Shown piece after piece: positions 1 to 11,900 of a stretch of 32,117 nucleotides of DNA. Under the pieces are notes generated by a model. The model was not told the DNA's origin. It saw only the letters and a list, made by a program, of their open reading frames with translations, and searched no databases. A program made the position numbers and the translations under genes. How positions within the stretch are numbered: position 1 is the first letter of the stretch; each line of letters begins with the position of its first letter. Source of the stretch: Blastocystis sp. subtype 4 (Eukaryota); the NCBI RefSeq assembly GCF_000743755.1, contig NW_014569427.1:1-32117 (forward strand). Direction: 5' to 3'.

Positions 1-439
1 TCCAGCCCAGCATGAACAGGAGAAGCGTCTCGATCAAACAGGATTTGGTGAAGGAGAACGTGGTCCAGGAGCGATTTGCTATGGTGATAAGGCCATTCAA
101 AACTTCTTGGATACAAATGGAATGTCTCACATTGTTCGGGCTCATGAACCGACCCAGAAGGGAATCAATATAAGCAAGGGTGGTCGTGTAATCACCATTT
201 TCAGTACATCTCAAGTACCAATGGATGTGAATAGTGAGGATTAGGATCATGGTTGTCAGGATGCCTTCTGTGGTTGCATTCTTGTAGATACAGCTGTAAG
301 AATGGGTGAACGGGCTAATGGGTAGAATATCATTGCAATTAATCACCCAGATGCAACACGGGTAGATATGCAAGATTCGGATAGTGATTCGGACCGTAGT
401 TTGAGTTTTGATGCGTTGAACGAAATGGAATGTGAATAA
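1..439 (+). CDS. Ser/Thr protein phosphatase, PPP family (3' part; 5' end outside window)
   Basis: Frame 2 reads GFGEGERGPGAICYGDKAIQNFLDTNGMSHIVRAHE...VITIFSTS, matching the PPP motifs RG, RAHE and TIFS. Two 30-nt GT-AG introns (215-244, 296-325). TAA at 437-439, followed by TGTTTGCT at 445-452. Confidence 0.85.
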
Positions 440-478
440 TCCTGTGTTTGCTGAAACACGTGAAATAGTGTACAGAAA

Positions 479-1051
479 CTACATGCTAGCTATATGACGC
501 AACTGCTTTTTCATACGGTAGATCATCAGACTCAACTGCTCATTTTCCTTTTCCAGTTCTGTTATCCGTTTTCGTTGGTCCTCTGCAAGAAACTCGAGTT
601 CTTCTTCCGTCATGCCATCAGTAACTAGTCCATGTTCTTTCAATTCTTCGTTGTATTTCTGAACCTACACAATAACTCAATTTAAAGACCATATACATGG
701 ATCTCATGGTTAGAACGCGAGAATGGCTCTGGATCCAAACTCGATATCTACACTCCAGTTAGATCATACTCAATTCCCATAATCTGTTCAACCTACTTGA
801 AAGGCAGAAGGTGTCTGGTGAACCGTATTGCGAATCTGCCGTTGTTTCTTCAAATGGATTCTGCGAAAGAATTGCTGCTTTTTCATTTTCTTTCGCTTCC
901 GTTTCTCCTCCTTTGTTTCGATCGGTTCATCTTCCAGCAATGGATTCGTCTTGTCTTCACTGACAAATGATTCTGGTGGAAGAATGGGTGTATCTCCTCG
1001 GATAAGGCAGTCTGCAATCTCCTTTTCCATTCTTTTCTGTCCATCCATCAT
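479..1051 (-). CDS. Hypothetical protein with Lys/Arg-rich segment and C-terminal coiled coil (possibly HEXIM-like)
   Basis: ORF 788-1084 (first ATG at 1051) can be spliced through 2-3 short introns to a last exon VQKYNEELKEHG...RITELEKENEQL...HIASM* (TAG 479-481). Exact exon structure and start codon are uncertain. Confidence 0.65.
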
Positions 1052-1935
1052 GTTCAAGGGCAATACGGCTACCTTCAAATTCAATTTCTTCGAGGTTGAA
1101 GTCTATTATACATGTGATTCCTAGAACACGGGAGAAGAGACAACAGAAACTGTTGTTAGTGATAAGAAGCGAATTGAAACGGAGAACGAAAAAAAACCTG
1201 TCTTCATTGTTAAAACGGATGATGCTCCGTTGTTTGAGGATTTTCCTTGCAACCCCTTAGGAGTGTAAGAATGTATTGAATATGGATTAGAAGAATAGAG
1301 GTAACCTCAATTTTATACATTATGCTGGTCAAATTGGTAATGCAACCGACATCATTCCGGGTGAATTTGAAGGTGGTCATCGGATCTGGCAAGGAAGTAT
1401 TGATCTTGTTCGATTTATTGAGGAAATGGATGTTCCTGTTGACTCTTCCACAACGGTTATGGAACTGGGATGTGGTCATGGTCTTCCAGGTTGCATGATG
1501 CTTCGGAAGGGAGCCACTGTTTACTTCCAGGATCTCAATGAGGATTCATTATCCAAAGCAACTCTTCCAACAATTGTAGTGAATTGTGGAGTAGAAGCAG
1601 TATCACGCTGTACTCTTCTTTGTGGAGATTGGAGTCATGTGGCTGAAAAGTTGGATGGCGTGTGTATCGACTACATTCTTGCTAGTGATACAATCTATAC
1701 ACCAGAGACTATTCGTTCGTTTGTGTCATTAGTGAACCAGTTGATTACTGAGAAAACGGTTGTGTGGATTGCTTCTCAGAAGTATTACTTTGGGTTAGGA
1801 GGAGGTACACAGGCATTGATGGATATTATTAAGGAAATGAAGTTGCCTTTAGAAGTGACTATTGTGAAGACTGTTGGATTAGAGTCGGTTAAGCGGGATG
1901 TGTTGTGTTTGAAGAAGGTAGATTCCATAGAGTGA
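1050..1935 (+). CDS. METTL18: Histidine protein methyltransferase 1 homolog (METTL18/Hpm1, family 16 SAM-dependent methyltransferase)
   Basis: Spliced N-terminus MFKGNTATFKFNFFE, then DIIPGEFEGGHRIWQGSIDL, VMELGCGHGLPG, FQDLN, ILASDTIY and KYYFGLGGG. Introns at ~1095-1124 and ~1265-1298. Confidence 0.85.
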
Positions 1936-2063
1936 TAGATCGTATCATTTTTATTGTTTGTGAATAGAGGATGTTAAGGATAACTATATACATGATGTCA
2001 GTACAGAGAGAAAACAAGAAATCCTATTATATCTAATTACTACTATATCACCATATTCGTACT

Positions 2064-3601
2064 CTAACAAACAATCCACACTAAAGGACTTCTATCTCGT
2101 TTTCGAGCCTTCCTCTTTGCTTCCTTCTCTTCAAATCCATTCTTCAATAAGAATTCATTGGCAACACGCATCGACTTGCCCACTTTACTCATGATCAACA
2201 ATACGTCTTTCTCTTCAATTCCTTCCAACATCTTCAACTTCTTTCCAGTCAGATCTTCAATTGCATGCAACTTGGGAATCGAAGTCTTTGTTAGGAAGGA
2301 TACAGCAGTACCTGTTCGTCCAGCACTACAAATAAAAGGAGGAATGCTTTGACTACCGAGCAGTTCGACCCACACGATGGATATAATCATAGGGTTCTTT
2401 TGGAAGATCAAAATTCACCACCAGATCCACTTGAGGGATATCCAGACCTCGAGAGGCAACATCAGTACAGATGAGAACTGGACTTTGATTGTTACGGAAC
2501 TTGCCAATCGCAGCACTACGTCGACGTTGATCCAATAACGAGTGAAGACAGACATTATCAACCTTGAAAACACGTAACAACTCAGAAAGTAACTGAGCAG
2601 AACGACATGTGTTACAGAATACGATCGCCGACTCCTTACTCATAATCTGTTTCTCATCCTCTTCATCTTCATGTTTCACTACAAGTTAGATTCCCTGTCA
2701 ACACCTACTGCTGTGCATCATTACAAATACAAGGTAAACAAACTTAATATGATCTGGAATCAGCAGATAATACTCCTCCAGGCCCTCAACAGTCGTAATC
2801 GCACTCTTGCTTACTTCAGGAACATACTCGTAATCCACAGATAAAGCTAGATCCTGGATGCTACGACGAACAGTATCATCAAAGGTAGCAGTCATGAAGA
2901 GATATTGAAGCTTATTGACACAGCGACTCTGGATCAACTCTGTTATCTCCTTGACCTCCTTCACCAGAGTCCCAGATAACATACGATCACACTCATCCAA
3001 AACGAGGAAGCCCAAGCGCTTCACCACTGGAGGATCTGCAGTCTTGAGATGCTCTAAAAAACGTCCTGGTGTCGCAATCACCACATGGGGACGATTCCGC
3101 AATTCTTCTGCTTGCTGGATAAAGTCTTGTCCACCAATAACAAGAGACACACGTGCATGAATTGGAGAGCCGAATGCCTCCATCTGCTCATCGATCTGGA
3201 TGGCTAACTCGCGAGTTGGAGTAAGAATCACAGCATAAATACCATATGGATCTACTGCCAATTTCTGCAAAATAGGAAGGGCAAAAACTGCAGTTTTACC
3301 GCTTCCTGTCTCAGAAACACCAATCACATTCTTTCCACTTACAACTTCTGGAATACACATTTTCTACGTCCTAATAACGAAATCGAAAACTGACTTGGAC
3401 AGGTGTAGGCTTCACAATGCCCATTGAATTGACACATTTGACAACCCACTCATTGAGCCCTAAATCGCTAAATGTGAATCTCTCACTTTCTGGTTTCAAT
3501 GTAACCTGCTTCATTGTCAACTTGCGAGGTTCCGAGGTAGGAACGACCGAAACCTTTGGTTTCTTAGAAAACATGGTGAACGCAGCCTCGTCTTCCTCCA
3601 T
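2064..3601 (-). CDS. DDX49: DEAD-box RNA helicase DBP8/DDX49
   Basis: Q-motif (FSDLGL..PTPVQ), SETGSGKT, DPYGIYAVILTPTRELA, DECD, TAT, RGLD and HRVGRTAR across ORFs joined by short introns. The real 3' end may be at 2078 via a poly(A)-completed stop. Confidence 0.9.
2066..2073 (-). terminator. TGTTTGTT polyadenylation element (DBP8), overlapping the last genomic codons
   Basis: AACAAACA on the + strand; on the minus strand it lies 4 nt after an in-frame T (2078). Confidence 0.8.
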
Positions 3602-3692
3602 TCTTGCTTCTTTGAATGTGTAGACTATTATTCGGCTTTTAGGTTCCTTGGGCACCCGAATGGGGATGCCCAACTCTTCATTCTCTACAGAG

Positions 3693-4843
3693 ATGGATTC
3701 TGAAGAGAACGCAAAAGGTAAACTGAAACAGTACAAGAAACAGAAGTTGATTGGGACAGGAGGAGGAGGTGAGGTCTATCTTTGTGTAGTCAATCTGTCG
3801 TTCTTTCACTTCTAGCTCGACCAAATTCATAATCGTGAAGTAGTCGTCAAATCTGGCTTAGTGGGTTCATCGTTAAATGGAGTTGGAATGGAGAATCTTC
3901 GTGAACTCAAATTTTTCACAGAATTAGGAATAGCAGATCATCCAAATTTTATTAAAGTATGATTGAAGAATTATTACCATCTAGCTGTATGATTGCTTCT
4001 TTGACAGAGGGAAAATGAACATTGTTATGGAACGATGTCGAGGGGACTTATGTGGACTGATTTCCAATACAGACGTAACTCTGTCGATTGCTACCATTAA
4101 AGCGATCCTTTTTGATGTTCTCTCTCCTCTTCAATATATTCACAAACGGTACATAGCTCATCGAGTGGGAGCCCATGTTCATTGTCATGATTAGGATATC
4201 AAACCGGAAAACTACTTGGTTGGGTTAGATAAGAGACTACGGTTATCTGATTTTGGTTTGTCCCGCTATGTAGGTACTCCTCGTGATCATTACACTGCCA
4301 ATGTGTGTACATTGTCTGCCCTTAGGAGTGCATTCACTCTAGGTTTTACCGCGCTCCGGAAATTCTCATGGAGTCTCCTCTGTATACTACTTCAGTGGAC
4401 ATGTGGTCTGTGGGTTGCATCTTAGGATCTATGTTGCTACGAGCGCCATTGTTCCTTGGAGCTGTAGAAATCGATTGATGAAATGACAGGTAGAATGACA
4501 AGGAGGTATTGTATGCCATGTTTTTCTTACTCGGTACTCCTACCAAGAAGCAGTGGCCTGTAGTAGAAGAATGGATGATTCATCCTTAGGAAGTGGAAAC
4601 TCTTCCTGGTTATGTGGAGTTTAATAAGACCTTTGAACCAAAACGACCACAATCTGTTTTTCCAAATGTTCCTGATGATGTTCTTGATCTATTGTATCGA
4701 ATGCTCGATTATAATCCGCAAACACGAATCACAGCACAAGAAGTAAGTATATCAAGTGATTTTGAGCGTAGGCATTGTCCCATCCTTTCTTTACAAATGA
4801 TCCTCCTATGACACCCTTTAAAGATATTCCCTATTGGAGTTGA
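3693..4843 (+). CDS. Cyclin-dependent kinase, CDK7-like (divergent)
   Basis: Spliced product contains [70 protein letters not shown] and RITAQEALSHPFF. About 7 short introns; TGA at 4841-4843. Confidence 0.85.
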
Positions 4844-4867
4844 TCATGCTTTGTTCAAACAACATTC

Positions 4868-6497
<1,630 letters not shown>

Positions 6498-6694
6498 ATC
6501 TCCCAGTTCTAGTAGATTACTTTATAGACATCAACGCGGCAACGATGGCAAAAATAAACTATATATCAGGAATTCCACTATTCTAATAAAGGAAAAGGCG
6601 GGGTAGAAAAACCTACCTTATCATTCCCATTTATATACCATTAGCTTCTCGGTTTCCATGATTTCTGAACCATCAGAGAATCGGAGAGTAGACA

Positions 6695-8835
6695 ATGTTC
6701 GGACGTTCATTCGCTGGAATTCGCAGTGTATGTGATTTGAAATGGAGGTGAGTGATTAGGTTTCCCGTATAGCGAGAAGTTTTGGTACTGAGGGTAAGTG
6801 AATGAATGGAATGAGTGATGAATAGCGGAACTTCTTTAAGAAGATTCTGGTTGCTAATCGTGGAGAAATCGCTTGTCGTGTGTTCAAGACAGCTAAGCGT
6901 ATGGGAATCAAGACAGTGGCAGTGTATTCAGATGCTGATCGTAATGCGAAGCATGTAAAGATGGCTGATGAGGCTGTATATATCGGTCCTTCTCCTTCTT
7001 CTCAATCCTATCTGTGTGCAGATAAGATTGTGGAAGCTTGTCGTAAGACTGGAGCTGATGCTGTTCATCCTGGTTATGGTTTCTTATCAGAGAATTGGCA
7101 TTTTGCTGAGACTCTGGAGAAGGAAGGAATTGTTTGGTGTGGTCCTGGAAAGTATGCTATTGAAGCTATGGGAGATAAGATCGGTTCAAAGAAGCTGGCT
7201 GTTGCTGCGAAGGTGAATACGATTCCTGGTTACAATGGTGAGATTAACACGGATGAAGAAGTGTTGAAGATCTCAAATGAGATTGGTTATCCTGTAATGA
7301 TCAAGGCTTCTGCTGGAGGTGGTGGTAAGGGAATGCGTATTGCATGGAATGACAAGGAAGCTCTTGCTGGTTATCATCTGTCAAAGCAAGAGGCTAAGTC
7401 TGCCTTTGGTGATGATCGTATGTTCATTGAGAAGTACATTGAAGAACCTCGTCACATCGAGATTCAGGTACTGGGAGATAAGTATGGCAACTACTGTGCA
7501 TTCCCTGAACGTGAATGTTCGATCCAGCGTCGTAATCAGAAGGTGGTGGAAGANTCTCCTTCCGTTCTGTTGGATGAGGAGACACGTACTGCAATGGGTA
7601 AACAGGCTTGTATGATGGCTAAGGCTGTGAATTATTGTTCTGCTGGTACTGTGGAGTTCTTGTGTGATAAGCATAAGCACTTCTATTTCCTGGAGATGAA
7701 CACACGTCTTCAAGTGGAGCATCCCATCACAGAAATGGTAACTCGAGAGGATTTGGTGGAACATATGTTCTGGATTGCTGCTGGTAAGAAACTCCCTGAT
7801 CGTCTGATCAACTGGCCTCTGAAGCGTTATGCTCATGCTATTGAAACTCGTGTGTATGCTGAGGATCCTCGTCGTAACTTCCTTCCTTCTCTCGGTTTGT
7901 TGACGAAGTACATTGAGCCCAGTGGTGAAGGAGTACGTTGTGATTCAGGTATTCTGGATGGATCACAGATCAGTATGTACTATGATCCTATGATCTGCAA
8001 ATTGGTAACATGGGGTGATGATCGTGCTACTGCTATCAAGCGAATGGATGCTGCTCTGAACACCTACATCATTCGTGGTTTGAACCACAATAGTGCCTTC
8101 CTTCAGTCTGTGATTCGTTCAAAGCGATTCGCCTCTGGAAAGATCACAACGAACTTCATTAAGGAAGAGTATCCTGATGGATGGACTGGTTCTGAATTGA
8201 CACAGGAGGAGGCTGAACAATTGGTAGCAGCAACTGTGGCTGTTCATCAGGAGCGTCTGGCTACAGAAGCAACGAATGATCAGATGCTGGAGAGCTATGA
8301 GCCAAGCTTCGAGAAGGATCTGGTAGCAACTGTGGGTGATAAGAAGTATCCTGTTCATGTGGAGTATGAGGGAGAAACAATGATGCTGACAATCGATGGA
8401 AAGAAGGTGAAGGTGGAGAATCCTGCATTTGAGTGTGAGAATACGATCATGGGAGCAAGAGTGAATGGCGAGGATGTGAAGGTCCAATACTTCGAGCCAA
8501 CGACTGAAGGATACAACATGCAATATTGTGGAGGAAACTTCGAGGTATTGCTGCGTAGTGCTCGTGCTGAGGAACTGAGCAAGTACATGATCCCTAAGGT
8601 AGTCCCTGATACAAGCAAGTTCCTTGCCTCTCCTATGGCTGGAGCTCTGGTGAAGGTGAATGTGAAGGAAGGAGATCGAGTAGAAGCTGGACAGGCTCTG
8701 GCTGTGGTGGAAGCCATGAAGATGCAGAACGAGTTGTATGCTCAGAAGGCTTGTGTAGTGAAGAAGGTGTACTTCAAGCCTGGACAGAATCTGGCTCTTG
8801 ATGATGTTATCATGGACTTTGATACCACTGCCTAA
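6695..8835 (+). CDS. PCCA: Propionyl-CoA carboxylase alpha chain (biotin carboxylase + biotinyl domain) with mitochondrial-type presequence
   Basis: [58 protein letters not shown] and the EAMKM biotinylation site. Two 5' introns give an Arg/Ser-rich N-terminus [19 protein letters not shown]. One N at 7554. Confidence 0.92.
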
Positions 8836-8905
8836 GTTACAGTGATATCTGATCCATTGCTTGTTTTATCGTAACAAAGAGAGTTATGCGCAACTGATAC
8901 CTTCT

Positions 8906-8913
8906 TGTTTGTT
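8906..8913 (+). terminator. TGTTTGTT polyadenylation element (PCCA)
   Basis: Exact motif downstream of the PCCA stop; known Blastocystis GU-rich element located 4 nt 3' of the poly(A) site. Confidence 0.75.
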
Positions 8914-8963
8914 AGAGATTAACTTCATTTTCTTTTTCCTAGCGGAGAAGTAATATATTTAAA

Positions 8964-11900
8964 ATGATCCCTAAGAAGTGAATATGCATTTTAGGAAGTC
9001 ATCCGTAGTCTAATGCGATTCTTCTGTGTTATTGCTTGTTTTTCTATTGTAATAGTGTATAGTATCTGTTCTACTATTATTCGGTCTCAGAATCCAAAGC
9101 CTAGTTTCAGCGAAGAAGCGATTCCTGTCGATTCCAAGGTTGTTCATATGGATAGAACGAGATCTATGAAGATACGTACTTTCTATCCTCTGGAAGAACC
9201 TGAATTATGTTTCCATAATGTTCGTTTTGTACTTACAACTGACAAACAAGTATATCGACCTGAAGAAACATGGTTCTTACTATGAAAATTGGTGATTACT
9301 AGGCATTTCCGTGGAGTTCTTTTGAATGTTTTCAACAATTCCATCATTAAAGATTCCTCATTTCGTCCTATGTTCTCCGTTATTCATCCAGATGGAAGAC
9401 ACTCGTTTCTAAGGTGTATGCTTCAGAATGGCGTGTTTATCGGAGAATATCGTACCAGTATTGAAGGAATCTATTCTTTGGAGATACGATTTCCTGCTTA
9501 TTCTCTCGTTCAGTCCACTCAAGTGATGGTGAATCGATACAAAGAGAACCGGATTCACATTGAAGTAAGATACTCTTCTAGTCTATTAGATAGACTGTAT
9601 TTGATAAGGGCTCCTATCTACCTGGTGATACTGTAATAGCAACCACTCACGTGTCTCTTCTGGATGGGAGTATTCTCAGTCACTACTCGCTAACAGCAGG
9701 TGTTACTGTTGATTCCATTGCAAATCTTACCGTAACAGAGTCTCTGTTGGATCACTAATAGGACATGGGATCACTAAATAGTAACAATTCTCATATCATA
9801 CAATTCACTGTTCCATCAACTTCTAATTCTATCAACACTGTATTTTCAGTCTCAATGAATGTGAACGGAGCTATTGAAACTGTGACGAAGCCTGTTCCTG
9901 TATCCACTCCTTCTTCTCTTCTTGTTCATTTCTTCCCTGAGAGTGGTGATTTGATTTGTGGTGTTACAAATCAAGTGTATTTCCAGATTCAAGACGAGAA
10001 GGGGAATACAGTGAATATTGAAGGAGTCGTGGAGACCAGAGAAGGAAAGAGAGTAGCTGGAGTGGATATGGGTATGGATGGTCGTGGAAGAATTGAAGGT
10101 CTTCAAGCAGAACAGAATGTGGGTTATCAATTAAGAGTCATCAAACCAACCACTCTTACTCAATCTGTCTTTCCTTTCAACTTCACATGTGTGGATTCCT
10201 TATTCATGAGTTATTCTGGATTGACTAAAGAGGGTCAAATTATCGTCAATGTGGCATCAAAGAAAGTGACAACAGTGGAAATTTCCTTGTCCTGAATGAT
10301 AGGATTTCTGATTGTGTAGATGGAGAATGGAGAGTCAGATTGATGTGGTGACAATTCCTGTCTCTGTTGATGTTACCCAACGTATTCATCTTGATGTGAA
10401 AGCAGGTGTCGGAGTAAGACAAGAATCAAGGTATTAGGAATAGGTTCACCGAATTACTGCAAAAGAACAAGATGGTGAGAAGTGGATCGAGAAAGCAGAA
10501 CGATTAGTATTCATTTTGCCAAAGAAAGAACACTCTTTGCGAATCATCACACAACATCAAGGAGTAGCAAAGGAAGTGGTTGATGCTGGAGAGGAAGTGA
10601 CAATTCAAATAGAGAATGTACATAATGGATGTAAGTGAGTGGAAATGGAATGAAGTGTAGTGAGTATGGTAATGGTAGTGGATCAAAGTGGTATTAGAGA
10701 CATTTCTGACTTTGAGAATCAATTCATCGATCGATATCTATTAAATGACGAGATCCGTGGAGTTACTACTGTTGTTCGACGCTTTCTTCATGAAAGAAAC
10801 TCAAAGGAACTTGATCTCTTGATGGGTGTTCAAGGCTGGAGACGTTTCATTGCTACGGCAGAATCCAATGACGATCAATCCAAAGCTCTCGGAAAGTATT
10901 GTCATTCCAGAATGTATCCGATATTGAGAGTAGGTTCTATGGATGATTATGATGTAAGAATTTACCATTGAATGCAATGGCTAAGTCTCCAATGTTGTCT
11001 TCTGTATCACACTTTGCCATGGCCAGAGACTCAGTCAATAGAGTTGATACTGTTGAAGTAGAGGAAGAGGCAATTCCTGAAAGTGTTTCTGTTGATACAG
11101 TTACTGCTCCTGAATCTGAAATCAAAAGACAGTATGTATGGAGGAATAAATCATTCCCAGATATGCTTCTGAATTGTTACCTCTTGTTCCTGAGAAGAAA
11201 CCTCGTCGAATTCATGCTGATACCATTCTCTGGAAACCAGCAGAACTATTCAATGAGACTGGATTTGTTTATCCTGTCACTATGAAGCTCCCGTTGATGA
11301 CATATGTTGAATTGAATATAGATTGGTTGCTACGACATATCTGGTGTATGTGAATGTCATAACAAATGATGGATTGATTGAAGAAAGTGTTGTGAAACTT
11401 CAGAGTCGATTGATACTTCACTGTGAAGTCAAAGGAAGTGAAGTGATCTATCTGGGTGAACAAGATGAGATGCATCTTCCATTATCTGTGGTATACGATG
11501 GTGATACTAGCATTCATGTTACTGTGAATGTCACAAAGAAAGGATCCCAATTGCAAGTGGTGGATTCAAAGGATGTAATAGTGATGCCACACAGTGGAAC
11601 TCAGACCTCCTTAGTGATGAAAGTAGGATCATGAGAGAATTCTGATATATAGGGGAGTTATAATTACTCATTAGTCACTTCATTTGATTCTAGTACTTCA
11701 AATCGAAAGTCTCCTAAACAACTATATCGTCGTTGGTTCCGTCCAGTCTTGTCTGAAGCAGAGATAGATGTGAGTCATTTGAAATCACAACAGACTTCCC
11801 TCACCATTCATGTGAAGGATACAACCAAGTCAGAAGTGGAAGATTTGATTGAACGGAAAGTATCTGTTGTGAGTGGTGAGATTTTCTCTCTTCTTTGACT

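Noticed and set aside
6498..6694. Possible E2F-like GC elements upstream of DHFR-TS
   Set aside because: ACGCGGC and GGCGGGG do not match the TTTSSCGC consensus; insufficient support.
7552..7554. X in the PCCA translation
   Set aside because: A single ambiguous base (GAN = Asp/Glu, likely Glu); not recoding or a frameshift.
7381..8717. Antisense and alternate-frame ORFs over PCCA (151, 134 and 120 aa, among others)
   Set aside because: Shadow ORFs of a codon-biased gene; no recognisable motifs.
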